Positions 33,371 through 34,766 of a stretch of 34,766 bases of DNA are shown here, piece after piece (the first letter of the stretch is position 1; each line of letters starts with the position of its first letter). Position numbers and translations under genes: made by a program. The notes under the pieces are model-generated. The model had not been told where the DNA came from. It did no database searches and was given only the letters and a program-made list of their open reading frames with translations. The stretch is from Actinospica sp. (lineage in GTDB: Bacteria > Actinomycetota > Actinomycetes > Streptomycetales > Catenulisporaceae): the NCBI GenBank assembly GCA_035712985.1, contig DASTAE010000287.1, positions 1 through 34,766 on the forward strand, written 5' to 3'.

Positions 33371-34669
33371 ATGCGCTTCGGAAACAGAGTTCTGCACACA
33401 GCGATCGCGACCGGTTCGGCGGTCGGGCTGGCCGCCGGCGGTGCGGTCCTGGCGATCGCCTCGGCGCCCGCCGCGCAGGCGGCCAGCACGTGCGCGGCGG
33501 CGTGGAGCTCGAGCGCCGTCTACACCGCCGGCATGCAGGCCAGCGAGAACGGGATCAACTACACCGCGAACTGGTGGACCCAGGGCAACGACCCGGCCAC
33601 CAACAACGGCGGCAGCGGCTCCGGCCAGCCGTGGACCTCCAACGGCTCCTGTACCGGCGGCTCGACCGGCGGCGGGGGAGGCGGCGGGGGAGGCGGCGGC
33701 ACCGGTGGCGGAACGGGTTCGGCGAGCGGCCTGCTCTTCAGCCCGTACAAGGACGTCACCATCAACATGAACTGGAACACCGACCAGATGCAGTCGGCCG
33801 TGGAAGGCTCCGCCATCCCGGTCGTCGGCTCCGGCAGCCTGGTCTCGCAGTACGTGCCGAAGCTGCCCGCGCTCACCCTCGCCTTCGCCACCGGCTCCTG
33901 CGGCAGCGAGACCTGGGGCGGCGTCTCGGGTGCCGGCTTCGCCGCGGAGAACGTGCCGCAGCTCCAGTCCGCGGGGCTCGACTACGTGGTGTCGACCGGC
34001 GGTGCGGCCGGAACCTTCACCTGCGGCTCGACGTCAGGCATGGAGTCCTTCATCGCCCGCTATGCCGGCCCGCACCTGGTCGGCATCGACTTCGACATCG
34101 AAGGCGGTCAGAGCCAGTCGGACATCCAGAGCCTCGTCGCCGCGGCGGCGGGAGCCCAGGCGCAGTACCCGAACCTGCAGTTCTCGTTCACCCTCGCCAC
34201 GCTGGCCGCGTCCGACGGCAGCTACGGCGGCGTGAACTCGCTCGGCGACGAGGTCGTCCGGGCGGTGCTCGGCTCCGGCCTCAGCAAGTACGTCATCAAC
34301 CTGATGACGATGGACTACGGCAGCGCGTCCAGCAGCGTGTGCGTCGTGTCCGGCGGCAGCTGCGAGATGGCGCAGTCGGCGATCCAGGCCGTGAAGAACC
34401 TCGAGCACACCTACGGGGTCCCCGCGGGCAAGATCGCCGTCACCCCGATGATCGGCATGAACGACGCCACCAGCGAGATCTTCACCGCCGGCGACGTGGA
34501 CACGCTGAGCTCGTACGCGACCGGCAACGGCCTCGCCGGGCTGCACTTCTGGTCGCTGGACCGGGACACCCCCTGCTCCGACGACTACGCGTCCCCCACC
34601 TGCAACTCGATCTCCAGCACCTCGGCGCTGGAGTACACCAAGAAGTTCCTGAGCGACCTCGGGTACTGA
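33371..34669 (+). CDS. Secreted family-18 chitinase with an N-terminal CBM5/12 chitin-binding domain and a Gly-rich linker (432 aa).
   Basis: Signal peptide ...SAPAAQAAS. CBM5/12 signature AAWSSSAVYTAGMQASENGINYTANWWTQGNDP. GH18 catalytic motif LVGIDFDIEGG (DxDxE variant). GGAGGG RBS. The 5' 43 codons of the track ORF run through the promoter and are not called. Confidence 0.85.
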   Translation: MRFGNRVLHTAIATGSAVGLAAGGAVLAIASAPAAQAASTCAAAWSSSAVYTAGMQASENGINYTANWWTQGNDPATNNGGSGSGQPWTSNGSCTGGSTGGGGGGGGGGGTGGGTGSASGLLFSPYKDVTINMNWNTDQMQSAVEGSAIPVVGSGSLVSQYVPKLPALTLAFATGSCGSETWGGVSGAGFAAENVPQLQSAGLDYVVSTGGAAGTFTCGSTSGMESFIARYAGPHLVGIDFDIEGGQSQSDIQSLVAAAAGAQAQYPNLQFSFTLATLAASDGSYGGVNSLGDEVVRAVLGSGLSKYVINLMTMDYGSASSSVCVVSGGSCEMAQSAIQAVKNLEHTYGVPAGKIAVTPMIGMNDATSEIFTAGDVDTLSSYATGNGLAGLHFWSLDRDTPCSDDYASPTCNSISSTSALEYTKKFLSDLGY

Positions 34670-34732
34670 TTTCGGGTACTGACTCGGGCGGTACCGACGA
34701 AGAACCCGTAATAGCCGGAAAGTAGGCGAAGG

Positions 34733-34766
34733 CGTGGCCGCGCACAGCTCACCGTGCGCGGCCACG
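34733..34766 (+). terminator. Perfect 13-bp hairpin (CGTGGCCGCGCAC-AGCTCACC-GTGCGCGGCCACG) 63 nt after the chitinase stop, reaching the window end.
   Basis: Read directly. The downstream tract is not visible. Confidence 0.4.

Noticed and set aside
1-34766. tRNA/rRNA genes, CRISPR arrays, transposases or integrases
   Set aside because: No cloverleaf-like segments, no regularly spaced direct repeats and no DDE/integrase-like translations were seen in any frame. The only inverted-repeat-bounded element (22943-23025) is too small to encode a protein.

Overview
High-GC (about 70%+) actinobacterial chromosomal segment, Streptomyces-like in codon usage and gene content. I found no rRNA, tRNA, CRISPR array or obvious transposase. 

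Contents, left to right: 
- **Predicted ABC exporter operon (1437-8348, minus strand).** A two-TM membrane protein and a small 86-aa ORF lie to its left. The operon has four genes (two ~880-aa FtsX-type permeases, then two ATP-binding proteins) joined by ATGA start/stop overlaps. A DHA2-type MFS gene lies divergently upstream. 
- **Large membrane protein (9998-12400).** It has an acidic tandem-repeat cytoplasmic tail, a Pro/Gln-rich tract, one TM helix, and three divergent tandem copies of an unrecognised ~190-aa extracytoplasmic module. 
- **HxlR-family regulator divergent from a second MFS efflux gene**, with an inverted-repeat operator candidate between them. 
- **Housekeeping-type genes.** These are a universal stress protein, aquaporin Z, a family-1 encapsulin shell gene coupled by a GTGA overlap to a DyP peroxidase carrying the canonical C-terminal targeting peptide, NAD kinase, a glyoxalase-family protein, a 5'-truncated DUF427 remnant, a secreted MurNAc-L-Ala amidase and a secreted beta-propeller protein. 
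- **AT-rich divergent intergenic region** carrying an 83-bp element bounded by 16-bp inverted repeats. 
- **Two-gene operon of secreted/anchored Ser/Thr-rich proteins**, one with (GMNGTGx)n repeats. 
- **HExxH-motif protein followed by a canonical intrinsic terminator.** 
- **Large LuxR-family (LAL) regulator, then a coupled TldD/TldE (PmbA) peptidase pair.** 
- **Flavin reductase.** 
- **GH18 chitinase with an N-terminal CBM5/12 domain**, preceded by two DasR-responsive-element (dre)-like direct repeats overlapping a -35 box. 

Many of the long ORFs in the supplied track are alternative-frame or antisense artefacts typical of high-GC DNA (Arg/Pro/Gly-rich translations) and were not called. 

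The most system-like and least explained parts are: 
- the four-gene coupled exporter with its flanking small ORFs; 
- the triple-module membrane protein; 
- the inverted-repeat element plus secreted-protein pair; 
- the HExxH / LAL / TldD-E neighbourhood. 

All family assignments are from motif recognition by eye; no database search was run.
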